A stretch of DNA of 61,963 nucleotides, filler included, from Nemertoderma westbladi (Eukaryota; Animalia; Xenacoelomorpha): the NCBI GenBank assembly GCA_032718475.1. It is 3 parts of 3 records of this genome, joined end to end, with 100 filler letters (N's around TTAATTAATTAA, not from the genome) between each part and the next. Parts side by side here need not be neighbours in the genome. Positions count along the whole stretch, not along the records: positions 43,307 to 61,963 come from JAUCBJ010003538.1; 2 more parts are not named here. One strand, given 5' to 3'. The translations under genes were made by a program, and so were the position numbers. This document shows positions 51,101 through 61,963 of this stretch, piece after piece; position 1 is the stretch's first letter, and each line of letters starts with the position of its first letter. The notes under the pieces were generated by a model. It worked only from the letters and a program-made list of their open reading frames with translations, searched no databases and was not told where the DNA came from.

Positions 51101-54100
51101 GAATGGTTGTTGGAACTGGGGAAGGTGGAATGGTTGTCGGAACTGGGGATGGTGGAATGGTTGTTGGAACTGGGGATGGTGGAATGGTTGCTGGAACTGG
51201 GGAGTGGAATGGTTGTTGGAACTGGGGAAGGTGGAATGGTTGTTGGAACTGGGGAAAGTGGAATGGTTGCTGGAACTGGGGAGTGGAATGGTTGTTGGAA
51301 CTGGGGAAGGTGGAATGGTTGTTGGAACTTGGGATGGTGGAATGGTTGTTGGAACTGGGGAAGGTGGAATGGTTGTTGGAACTGGGGATGGTGGAATGGT
51401 TGCTGGAACTGGGGAGTGGAATGGTTGTTGGAACTGGGGAAGGTGGAATGGTTGTTGGAACTGGGGATGGTGGAATGGTTGCTGGAACTGGGGAAGGTGG
51501 AATGGTTGCTGGAACTGGGGAAGGGAATGGTTGTTGGAACTGGGGAAGGTGGAATGGTTGTTGGAACTGGGGAAGGGAATGGTTGTTGGAACTGGGGATG
51601 GTGGAATGGTTGCTGGAACTGGGGAAGGTGGAATGGTTGCTGGAACTGGGGAAAGTGGAATGGTTGTTGGAACTGGGGAAAGTGGAATGGTTGTTGGAAC
51701 TGGGGAAGGTGGAATGGTTGCTGGAACTGGGGAAGGGAATGGTTGTTGGAACTGGGGAAGGTGGAATGGTTGTTGGAACTGGGGAAGGGAATGGTTGTTG
51801 GAACTGAGGAAGGTGGAATGGTTGCTGGAACTGGGGAAGGGAATGGTTGTTGGAACTGAGGAAGGTGGAATGGTTGCTGGAACTGGGGAAGGTGGAATGG
51901 TTGCTGGAACTGGGGAAAGTGGAATGGTTGTTGGAACTGGGGAAAGTGGAATGGTTGCTGGAACTGGGGAAGGGAATGGTTGTTGGAACTGGGGAAGGTG
52001 GAATGGTTGTTGGAACTGGGGATGGTGGAATGGTTGTTGGAACTGGGGAAGGTGGAATGGTTGTTGGAACTGGGGATGGTGGAATGGTTGTTGGAACTGG
52101 GGAAGGTGGAATGGTTGTTGGAACTGGGGAAGGTGGAATGGTTGTTGGAACTGAGGATGGTGGAATGGTTGCTGGAACTGGGGAGTGGAATGGTTGTTGG
52201 AACTGGGGAAGGTGGAATGGTTGTTGGAACTGGGGATGGTGGAATGGTTGTTGGAACTGGGGAAGGTGGAATGGTTGCTGGAACTGGGGAAGGTGGAATG
52301 GTTGTTGGAACTGGGGAAGGTGGAATGGTTGTTGGAACTGGGGAAGGTGGAATGGTTGTTGGAACTGGGGAAGGTGGAATGGTTGTTGGAACTGGGGAAG
52401 GTGGAATGGTTGTTGGAACTGGGGAAGGTGGAATGGTTGTTGGAACTGGGGAAGGTGGAATGGTTGTTGGAACTGGGGATGGTGGAATGGTTGCTGGAAC
52501 TGGGGAGTGGAATGGTTGTTGGAACTGGGGAAGGTGGAATGGTTGTTGGAACTGGGGAAGGTGGAATGGTTGTTGGAACTGGGGAAGGTGGAATGGTTGC
52601 TGGAACTGAGGATGGTGGAATGGTTGCTGGAACTGGGGAGTGGAATGGTTGTTGGAACTGGGGAAGGTGGAATGGTTGCTGGAACTGAGGATGGTGGAAT
52701 GGTTGCTGGAACTGGGGAGTGGAATGGTTGTTGGAACTGGGGAAGGTGGAATGGTTGTTGGAACTGGGGATGGTGGAATGGTTGCTGGAACTGGGGAGTG
52801 GAATGGTTGTTGGAACTGGGGAAGGTGGAATGGTTGCTGGAACTGAGGATGGTGGAATGGTTGCTGGAACTGGGGAGTGGAATGGTTGTTGGAACTGGGG
52901 AAGGTGGAATGGTTGCTGGAACTGAGGATGGTGGAATGGTTGCTGGAACTGGGGAGTGGAATGGTTGTTGGAACTGGGGAAGGTGGAATGGTTGTTGGAA
53001 CTGAGGAAGGTGGAATGGTTGTTGGAACTGGGGAAGGTGGAATGGTTGCTGGAACTGGGGAAGGTGGAATGGTTGTTGGAACTGGGGAAAGTGGAATGGT
53101 TGTTGGAACTGGGGAAGGTGGAATGGTTGTTGGAACTGGAGAAGGTGGAATGGTTGTTGGAACTGGGGAAGGTAGAATAGTTGTTGGAACTGGGGAAGGT
53201 GGAATGGTTGTTGGAACTGAGGATGGTGGAATGGTTGCTGGAACTGGGGAAGGTGGAATGGTTGCTGGAACTGAGGATGGTGGAATGGTTGCTGGAACTG
53301 GGGAGTGGAATGGTTGTTGGAACTGGGGAAGGTGGAATGGTTGTTGGAACTGAGGAAGGTGGAATGGTTGTTGGAACTGGGGAAGGTGGAATGGTTGCTG
53401 GAACTGGGGAAGGTGGAATGGTTGTTGGAACTGGGGAAAGTGGAATTGTTGTTGGAACTGGGGAAGGTGGAATGGTTGTTGGAACTGGAGAAGGTGGAAT
53501 GGTTGTTGGAACTGGGGAAGGTGGAATGGTTGTTGGAACTGGGAAAGGTGGAATGGTTGCTGGAACTGGGGAAGGTGGAGTGGTTGCTGGAACTGGGGAA
53601 GGTGGAATGGTTGTTGGAACTGGGGAAGGTGGAATGGTTGTTGGAACTGGGGAAGGTGGAATGGTTGTTGGAACTGGGGAAGGTGGAATGGTTGCTGGAA
53701 CTGGGGAAGGTGGAATGGTTGCTGGAACTGGGGAAGGTGGAATGGTTGTTGGAACTGGGGAAAGTGGAATGGTTGTTGGAACTGGGGATGGTGGAATGGT
53801 TGTTGGAACTGGGGAAGGTAGAATAGTTGTTGGAACTGGGGAAGGTGGAATGGTTGTTGGAACTGAGGATGGTGGAATGGTTGCTGGAACTGGGGAAGGT
53901 GGAATGGTTGTTGGAACTGGGGATGGTGGAATGGTTGTTGGAACTGGGGAAGGTGGAATGGTTGCTGGAACTGGGGAAGGTGGAATGGTTGTTGGAACTG
54001 GGGAAAGTGGAATGGTTGTTGGAACTGGGGATGGTGGAATGGTTGTTGGAACTGGGGAAGGTAGAATAGTTGTTGGAACTGGGGAAGGTGGAATGGTTGT

Positions 54101-57100
54101 TGGAACTGAGGATGGTGGAATGGTTGCTGGAACTGGGGAAGGTGGAATGGTTGTTGGAACTGGGGAAGGTGGAATGGTTGTTGGAACTGAGGATGGTGGA
54201 ATGGTTGCTGGAACTGGGGAGTGGAATGGTTGTTGGAACTGGGGAAGGTGGAATGGTTGTTGGAACTGGGGATGGTGGAATGGTTGTTGGAACTGGGGAA
54301 GGTGGAGTGGTTGCTGGAACTGGGGAAGGTGGAATGGTTGTTGGAACTGGGGAAGGTGGAATGGTTGCTGGAACTCGGGAAGGTGGAATGGTTGCTGGAA
54401 CTGGGGAAAGTGGAATGGTTGTTGGAACTGGGGAAAGTGGAATGGTTGTTGGAACTGGGGAAGGTGGAATGGTTGTTGGAACTGGGGAAGGTGGAATGGT
54501 TGTTGGAACTGGGGAAGGTGGAATGGTTGTTGGAACTGGGAAAGGTGGAATGGTTGCTGGAACTGGGGAAGGTGGAATGGTTGTTGGAACTGGGGAAGGT
54601 GGAATGGTTGCTGGAACTGGGGAAGGTGGAATGGTTGTTGGAACTGGGGAAGGTGGAATGGTTGCTGGAACTGGGGAAGGTGGAATGGTTGTTGGAACTG
54701 GGGAAGGTGGAATGGTTGTTGGAACTGGGGAAGGTGGAATGGTTGCTGGAACTGGGGAAGGTGGAATGGTTGTTGGAACTGAGGAAGGTGGAATGGTTGC
54801 TGGAACTGGGGAAGGTGGAATGGTTGTTGGAACTGGGGAAGGTGGAGTGGTTGTTGGAACTGGGGATGGTGGAGATGGGGTTGGAACGGGGGATGGTGGA
54901 GATGTGGTTGGAACTGGGGATGGTGGAGTGGTTGCTGGAACTGGGGAAGGTGGAATGGTTGTTGGAACTGGGGAAGGTGGAATGGTTGTTGGAACTGGGG
55001 AAGGTGGAATGGTTGCTGGAACTCGGGAAGGTGGAATGGTTGCTGGAACTGGGGAAAGTGGAATGGTTGTTGGAACTGGGGAAAGTGGAATGGTTGTTGG
55101 AACTGGGGATGGTGGAATGGTTGTTGGAACTGGGGAAGGTGGAATGGTTGTTGGAACTGGGGAAGGTGGAATTGTTGCTGGAACTCGGGAAGGTGGAATG
55201 GTTGCTGGAACTGGGGAAAGTGGAATGGTTGTTGGAACTGGGGAAGGTGGAATGGTTGTTGGAACTGGGGAAGGTGGAATGGTTGTTGGAACTCGGGAAG
55301 GTGGAATGGTTGCTGGAACTGGGGAAAGTGGAATGGTTGTTGGAACTGGGGAAAGTGGAATGGTTGTTGGAACTGGGGATGGTGGAATGGTTGTTGGAAC
55401 TGGGGAAGGTGGAATGGTTGTTGGAACTGGGGAAGGTGGAATGGTTGCTGGAACTGGGGAAGGTGGAATGGTTGTTGGAACTGGGGAAGGTGGAATGGTT
55501 GTTGGAACTGGGGAAGGTGGAATGGTTGCTGGAACTGGGGAGTGGAATGGTTGTTGGAACTGGGGATGGTGGAATGGTTGTTGGAACTGGGGAAGGTGGA
55601 ATGGTTGTTGGAACTGGGGAAGGTGGAATGGTTGTTGGAACTGGGGAAGGTGGAATGGTTGTTGGAACTGGGGAAGGTGGAATGGTTGTTGGAACTGGGA
55701 AGTTGGAATGGTTGTTGGAACTGGGGAAGGTGGAATGGTTGTTGGAACTGGGGAAGGTGGAATGGTTGTTGGAACTGGGGAAGGTGGAATGGTTGTTGGA
55801 ACTGGGGAAGGTGGAATGGTTGTTGGAACTGGGGAAGGTGGAATGGTTGTTGGAACTGGGGAAGGTGGAATGGTTGTTGGAACTGGGGAAGGTGGAATGG
55901 TTGTTGGAACTGGGGAAGGTGGAATGGTTGTTGGAACTGGGGAAGGTGGAATGGTTGTTGGAACTGGGGAAGGTGGAATGGTTGTTGGAACTGGGGATGG
56001 TGGAATGGTTGTTGGAACTGGGGAAGGTGGAATGGTTGTTGGAACTGGGGAGTGGAATGGTTGTTGGAACTGGGGAAGGTGGAATGGTTGTTGGAACTGG
56101 GGAGTGGAATGGTTGTTGGAACTGGGGAGTGGAATGGTTGTTGGAACTGGGGAAGGTGGAATGGTTGTTGGAACTGGGGAAGGTGGAATGGTTGTTGGAA
56201 CTGGGGAAGGTGGAATGGTTGTTGGAACTGGGGAAGGTGGAATGGTTGTTGGAACTGGGGAAGGTGGAATGGTTGTTGGAACTGGGGATGGTGGAATGGT
56301 TGCTGGAACTGAGGATGGTGGAATGGTTGTTGGAACTGGGGAGTGGAATGGTTGTTGGAACTGGGAAGTTGGAATGGTTGTTGGAACTGGGGAAAGTGGA
56401 ATGGTTGTTGGAACTGGGGAAGGTGGAATGGTTGTTGGAACTGGGAAAGGTGGAATGGTTGCTGGAACTGGGGAAGGTGGAGTGGTTGCTGGAACTGGGG
56501 AAGGTGGAATGGTTGTTGGAACTGGGGAAGGTGGAATGGTTGTTGGAACTGGGGAAGGTGGAATGGTTGTTGGAACTGGGAAAGGTGGAATGGTTGCTGG
56601 AACTGGGGAAGGTGGAGTGGTTGCTGGAACTGGGGAAGGTGGAATGGTTGTTGGAACTGGGGAAGGTGGAATGGTTGTTGGAACTGGGGAAGGTGGAATG
56701 GTTGTTGGAACTGGGGAAGGTGGAATGGTTGTTGGAACTGGGAAAGGTGGAATGGTTGCTGGAACTGGGGAAGGTGGAGTGGTTGCTGGAACTGGGGAAG
56801 GTGGAATGGTTGTTGGAACTGGGGAAGGTGGAATGGTTGTTGGAACTGGGGAAGGTGGAATGGTTGCTGGAACTGGGGAAGGTGGAATGGTTGTTGGAAC
56901 TGGGGAAGGTGGAATGGTTGTTGGAACTGGGGAAGGTGGAATGGTTGTTGGAACTGGGGAAGATGGAATGGTTGCTGGAACTGGGGAAGGTGGAATGGTT
57001 GTTGGAACTGGGGAAGGTGGAATGGTTGCTGGAACTGGGGAAGGTGGAATGGTTGTTGGAACTGGGGAAGGTGGAATGGTTGCTGGAACTGGGGAAGGTG

Positions 57101-58444
57101 GAATGGTTGTTGGAACTGGGGAAGGTGGAATGGTTGTTGGAACTGGGAAAGGTGGAATGGTTGCTGGAACTGGGGAAGGTGGAGTGGTTGCTAGAACTGG
57201 GGAAGGTGGAATGGTTGTTGGAACTGAGGAAGGTGGAATGGTTGCTGGAACTGGGGAAGGTGGAATGGTTGTTGGAACTGGGGAAGGTGGAATGGTTGTT
57301 GGAACTGGGGAAGGTGGAATGGTTGTTGGAACTGGGAAAGGTGGAATGGTTGCTGGAACTGGGGAAGGTGGAGTGGTTGCTGGAACTGGGGAAGGTGGAA
57401 TGGTTGTTGGAACTGGGGAAGGTGGAATGGTTGTTGGAACTGGGGAAGGTGGAATGGTTGCTGGAACTGGGGAAGGTGGAGATGTGGTTGGAACTGGGGA
57501 TGGTGGAGTGGTTGCTGGAACTGGGGAAGGTGGAATGGTTGTTGGAACTGGGGAAGGTGGAATGGTTGTTGGAACTGGGGAAGGTGGAATGCTTGTTGGA
57601 ACTGGGAAAGGTGGAATGGTTGCTGGAACTGGGGAAGGTGGAGTGGTTGCTGGAACTGGGGAAGGTGGAATGGTTGTTGGAACTGGGGAAGGTGGAATGG
57701 TTGTTGGAACTGGGGAAGGTGGAATGGTTGCTGGAACTGGGGAAGGTGGAATGGTTGTTGGAACTGGGGAAGGTGGAATGGTTGCTGGAACTGGGGAAGG
57801 TGGAATGGTTGTTGGAACTGAGGAAGGTGGAATGGTTGCTGGAACTGGGGAAGGTGGAATGTTTGCTGGAACTGGGGAAGGTGGAATGGTTGTTGGAACT
57901 GGGGAAGGTGGAGTGGTTGTTGGAACTGGGGATGGTGGAGATGTGGTTGGAACTGGGGGTGATGGTTAAATAAATACCTTTACTTTTTTTATTTATTTGG
58001 GAAGGAATTAATTTTAGTCACCTCATCATTCATCATTTTGACTTCTTGTTGACATGGCAATACACCCCAACTCCAGCAAGCTCTAAACTAATAATACGTG
58101 ATACAAAATGCTCTACAAAACATGCAGGCAGAACAAAAAATCACTGTTTTATACGGGTTTCTCTGAAACCCAGAACCATTGGTTAAACACCCTATCTCAA
58201 ACAAATCAGCTTAAATTGAATGGCAAAACACCCTATAATTTTATTTCATCACTTTAATTCCTTTTTCGTCATCTCTCACCATCTATTCTATTAAAATAAT
58301 CTAAGTTATTCTGTTAAGTTCCCTTAGGACCCATTATCAGCGATTTCTCACAATGTCTTCAATGTTGAATTAGGGGAAACGCGTTTAGGTTAATATCTCA
58401 AAATGTGTTTTTTTAGGATAGGGTGTATTGCCAAACAACGGCAG
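48149..58444 (-). mobile_element. 10.3-kb TIR DNA transposon derivative (possibly Sola1-like) inserted in the 62-bp array
   Basis: Perfect TIR CTGCCGTTGTTTGGCAATACACCCTATC; 4-bp TSD CATG (48145-48148, 58445-58448), or a 2-bp AT TSD with a GCTG terminus; the array unit resumes in register. Superfamily is inference. Confidence 0.9.
48856..57966. repeat. 27-bp minisatellite (25/26-bp variants), about 340 units
   Basis: Unit GGAACTGGGGAAGGTGGAATGGTTGTT; the minus strand reads PTTIPPSPV. Confidence 0.97.
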
Positions 58445-60700
58445 CATGGTGGTGAACAGGCATTCCTTTGGAAACAGAGAGGAAGGGTTTACTGTGGAAG
58501 ATCACCCATGGTGGTGAACAGGCATTCATTTGGAAACAGAGAGGAAGGGTTTACTGTGGAAGGTTACCGATAGTGGTGAACAGGCCTTGTGAAACAGATT
58601 AAAAGGGTTTATTGTGGAAGATCACATGGTAGTGAACAGGCATTCCTTTGGAAACAGAGCGGAAGGGTTTACTGTGGAAGATCACCCATGGTGGTGAACA
58701 GGCATTCCTTTGGAAACAGAGTGGAAGGGCTTACTGTGGAAGATCACCCATGGTGGTGAACAGGCTTTGGGAAACAGAGAGAAAGGGTTTACTGTGGTAG
58801 ATCACCCATGGTGGTGAACAGGCATTTCTTTGGGAAACAGAGTGGAAGGGTTTACTGTGGAATCACCCATGGTGGTGAACAGGCAACCTTTTAGGAAACA
58901 GAGAGGAAGGGTTTACTGTGGAAGATCACTCATGGTGGTGAACAGGCATTCCTTTGGAAACGGAGAGGAAGGGTTTACTGTGGAGGAAGATCACCCATGG
59001 TGGTGAACAGGCATTCCTTTGGAACAGAGAGGACGGGTTTACTGTGGAGGAAGATCACTCATGGTGGTGAACAGGCATTCCTTTGGAAACGGAGAGGAAG
59101 GGTTTACTGTGGAGGAAGATCACCCATGGTGGTGAACAGGCATTCCTTTGGAAACGGAGAGGAAGGGTTTACTGTGGAGGAAGATCACCCATGGTGGTGA
59201 ACAGGCATTCCTTTGGAAACGGAGAGGAAGGGTTTACTGTGGAGGAAGATCACCCATGGTGGTGAACAGGCATTCCTTTGGAAACAGAGAGGAAGGGTTT
59301 ACTGTGGAAGATCACCCATGGTGGTGAACAGGCATTCCTTTGGAAACGGAGAGGAAGGGTTTACTGTGGAGGAAGATCACCCATGGTGGTGAACAGGCAT
59401 TCCTTTGGAAACAGAGAGGAGGACGGGTTTACTGTGGAGGAAGATCACTCATGGTGCTAAACAGGCATTTCTTTGGGAAACAGAGTGGAAGGGTTTACTG
59501 TGGAATCACCCATGGTGGTGAACAGGCAACCTTTTAGGAAACAGAGAGGAAGGGTTTACTGTGGAAGATCACCCATGGTGGTGAACAGGCATTTCTTTGG
59601 GAAACAGAGTGGAAGGGTTTACTGTGGAATCACCCATGGTGGTGAACAGGCAACCTTTTAGGAAACAGAGAGGAAGGGTTTACTGTGGAAGATCACCCAT
59701 GGTGGTGAACAGGCATTCCTTTGGAAACAGAGTGGAAGGGTTTACTGTGGAAGATCACCCATGGTGGTGAACAGGCATTCCTTTGGAAACGGAGAGGAAG
59801 GGTTTACTGTGGAGGAAGATCACCCATGGTGGTGAACAGGCATTCCTTTGGAAACAGAGAGGAGGACGGGTTTACTGTGGAGGAAGATCACTCATGGTGG
59901 TAAACAGGCATTCCTTTAGAAACGGAGAGAAAGGGTTTACTGTGGAGGAAGATCACCCATGGTGGTGAACAGGCATTCCGTTGGAAACAGAGCGGAAGGG
60001 TTTACTGTGGAAGATCACCCATGGTGGTGAACAGGCATTCCTTTGGAAACAGAGAGGACGGGTTTACTGTGGAGGAAGATCACCCATGGTGGTGAACAGG
60101 CATTCCTTTGGAAACAGAGAGAAAGGGTTTACTGTGGAAGATCACCCATGGTGGTGAACAGGCATTCATTTGGAAACTGAGAGGAAGGGTTTACTGTGGA
60201 AGGTTACCAATAGTGGTGAACAGGCATTGTGAAACAGAGTAAAAGGGTTTATTGTGGAAGATCACATGGTAGTGAACAGACATTCCTTTTGGAAACAGAG
60301 TGGAAGGGCTTACTGTGGAAGATCACCCATGGTGGTGAACAGGCATTCCTTTAGGAAACATAGTGGAAGGGTTTACTGTGGTAGATAACCCATGGTGGTG
60401 AACAGGCTTTGGGAAACAGAGAGAAAGGGTTTACTGTGGTAGATCACCCATGGTGGTGAACAGGCATTCCTTTAGGAAACATAGTGGAAGGGTTTACTGT
60501 GGAAGATTACCCATGGTGGTGAACAGGCATTCCTTTAGGAAACATAGTGGAAGGGTTTACTGTGGTAGATCACCCATGGTAATGAACAGGCTTTGTGAAA
60601 CAGAGAGAAAGGGTTCATTGTGGAAAATCACCCATGGTGGTGAACAGGCATTCCTTTAGGAAACAGAGACGGAGAGTTTATTGTGGAAGATTATCCATGG
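58445..60700. repeat. 62/65-bp minisatellite, right part
   Basis: Same unit as 45620-48148. Confidence 0.96.
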
Positions 60701-60744
60701 GCAAATGGGTTGATCACCCATTTGGTTCCGCACATAATTGGAAC

Positions 60745-61600
60745 TATTCCAATGGGGTGATGGTATCTCCACCTACTGGCTCCAGAAGTCGAGGAAATCC
60801 TGCCAAGTACCTAACTGATCTAGACTTTGCTGATGACTTAGGAGTACTCTCAGAATCACTAGAGGGAGCCCAACGGCTCCTCAGCTCATTAGAACATGCT
60901 GCTTCTAGTGTTGGTCTTTTTATTAACTCCAAAAAGACCAAAATGTTGACAGTTAACTTTGAAAGTCCTTAGCAAGTCTCTGACCGGATGAGCATAAGCT
61001 CAAAGGATGGTATGCTTGAGCATGTGGACGACTTCTGTTACCTGGGATCATGGATCCGGAAGTCAGGTGAGGACCTTCGAATACGTAAGGGGAAGGCATG
61101 GGCAGCCTTGAATAGGCTTTCCAGGATTTGAAAGTCACAGATAATTAATCGGAAACAGGTCCGCTTATTTAGAGCAGCAGTAGTTCCAGTACTCCTCTAT
61201 GGGAGTCCATGCTGGGCTCTAACTGCTGAGGACACCAAATCTCTGGATGGCACATTCACAAGAATGCTACGCCGGGTTCATTGTGTCAAGTACAATGCAC
61301 ACATCTCCAACCAGACACTATATAACATTGGAGGTGTCTCATTGGTTCCCCCAAGCTTGACACTAGAACAAATCGCCTCCGCTTTGCAGGACATTGCTTT
61401 CGCCGTGAGGACCAGCCAGTGCATAATCTTGTACTTTGGCAGCCTCATGGAGTGAATAAGCATGGTGGACAGCCCATGACTTTCTTGAGACGCATCTTAA
61501 AGGACACTGGCCTTGAAGATGCGGATGATCTAGCAAATGTCATGGGTGATAGGGAGTTGTGGCGGCGCAATTTTGTCGACAAGCCGGCACAGAATTCTTA
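60745..61600 (+). mobile_element. 5'-truncated RTE-type LINE (RT C-terminal part), degenerate
   Basis: LTDLDFADDLGVLSES...VGLFINSKKTKM, then YLGS and VLLYG..CW motifs with stops; same family as 6269-6573. Confidence 0.85.
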
Positions 61601-61637
61601 AAAATGCAGCTGCACTGCAGCATGCCGATCCTAGTAG

Positions 61638-61963
61638 TACTATTCGGGAACGCTAGAACTGGTGGCGAAATTCGATCCGTTGTTGGCCAATCATATTGCA
61701 AGATTAGGAAATGCAGGTCGCGGTATACCATCATATCTATCCAAAACAATTTGTAACGAGTTGATCTATTAAATGGCTAAGCATGTACTGAACAGGTTAA
61801 AGGCTTCGAGTGGCTAAATACTTTTCTGTCAGTGTTGAATCATCACCAGACTTATCGCATGTCGATCAGCTCACTGATTGATCACGGAAACTTTGTTAAA
61901 TTTTCTGAAAAATTTAGAAGTGGACTTCCAGAATTGCCGTGGTATATCATTTGATAATGCTCC
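61638..61963 (+). pseudogene. Decayed hAT (Tip100/ZMYM1-like) transposase fragment
   Basis: ELVAKFDPLLANHIARLGNAGRGIPSYLSKTICNELI, AKYFSVSVESSPDLSHVDQL, NCRGISFDNA with stops and deletions. Confidence 0.8.

Noticed and set aside
48777-57973. Plus-strand ORFs up to 1299 aa (GTGEGGMVV, WLLELGKVE, WNGCWNWGR)
   Set aside because: Three frames of one 27-bp repeat switching at indel variants; flanks look coding only on the minus strand.
25234-60700. CRISPR-like appearance of the regular arrays
   Set aside because: Units are head-to-tail with no unique spacers, there are no cas genes, and the context is eukaryotic intron-exon DNA.
61638-61963. hAT transposase as mobiliser of the CAGTC elements
   Set aside because: Decayed, on another contig, no linked TIR, and of a group that normally makes 8-bp TSDs.

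Overview
AT-rich animal (invertebrate-like) nuclear DNA made of three contigs joined by artificial N44-TTAATTAATTAA-N44 linkers (25134-25233, 43207-43306). Contig 1 (1-25133) is a tandem segmental duplication (units 1-13712 and 13713-25133). Each unit has a C2H2 zinc-finger gene, a Helitron Rep fragment and its own transposon insertions, so each copy gives the empty site for the other. Contig 2 has three exons of an interrupted (type IV-like) collagen whose introns hold 41-bp, 40/50-bp and 24-bp minisatellites, plus an intronless mitoferrin on the opposite strand. Contig 3 has the last three exons of RNF123/KPC1, RTE-type LINE fragments, a 62-bp minisatellite split by a 10.3-kb TIR element that holds a 9-kb 27-bp array, and a decayed hAT transposase. 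Two signals stand out. (1) Two non-autonomous DNA transposon families have 5'-CAGTC termini and 5-bp TSDs, and dozens of matching scars of the form [5-mer]-CAG/CTG-[same 5-mer] cluster in hot spots; six are shown to be insertions by comparison with a homologous copy. (2) A 6.8-kb intronic minisatellite is built from the collagen exon end plus its 5' splice site, giving roughly 160 tandem donor sites. All coordinates and counts were read by eye.
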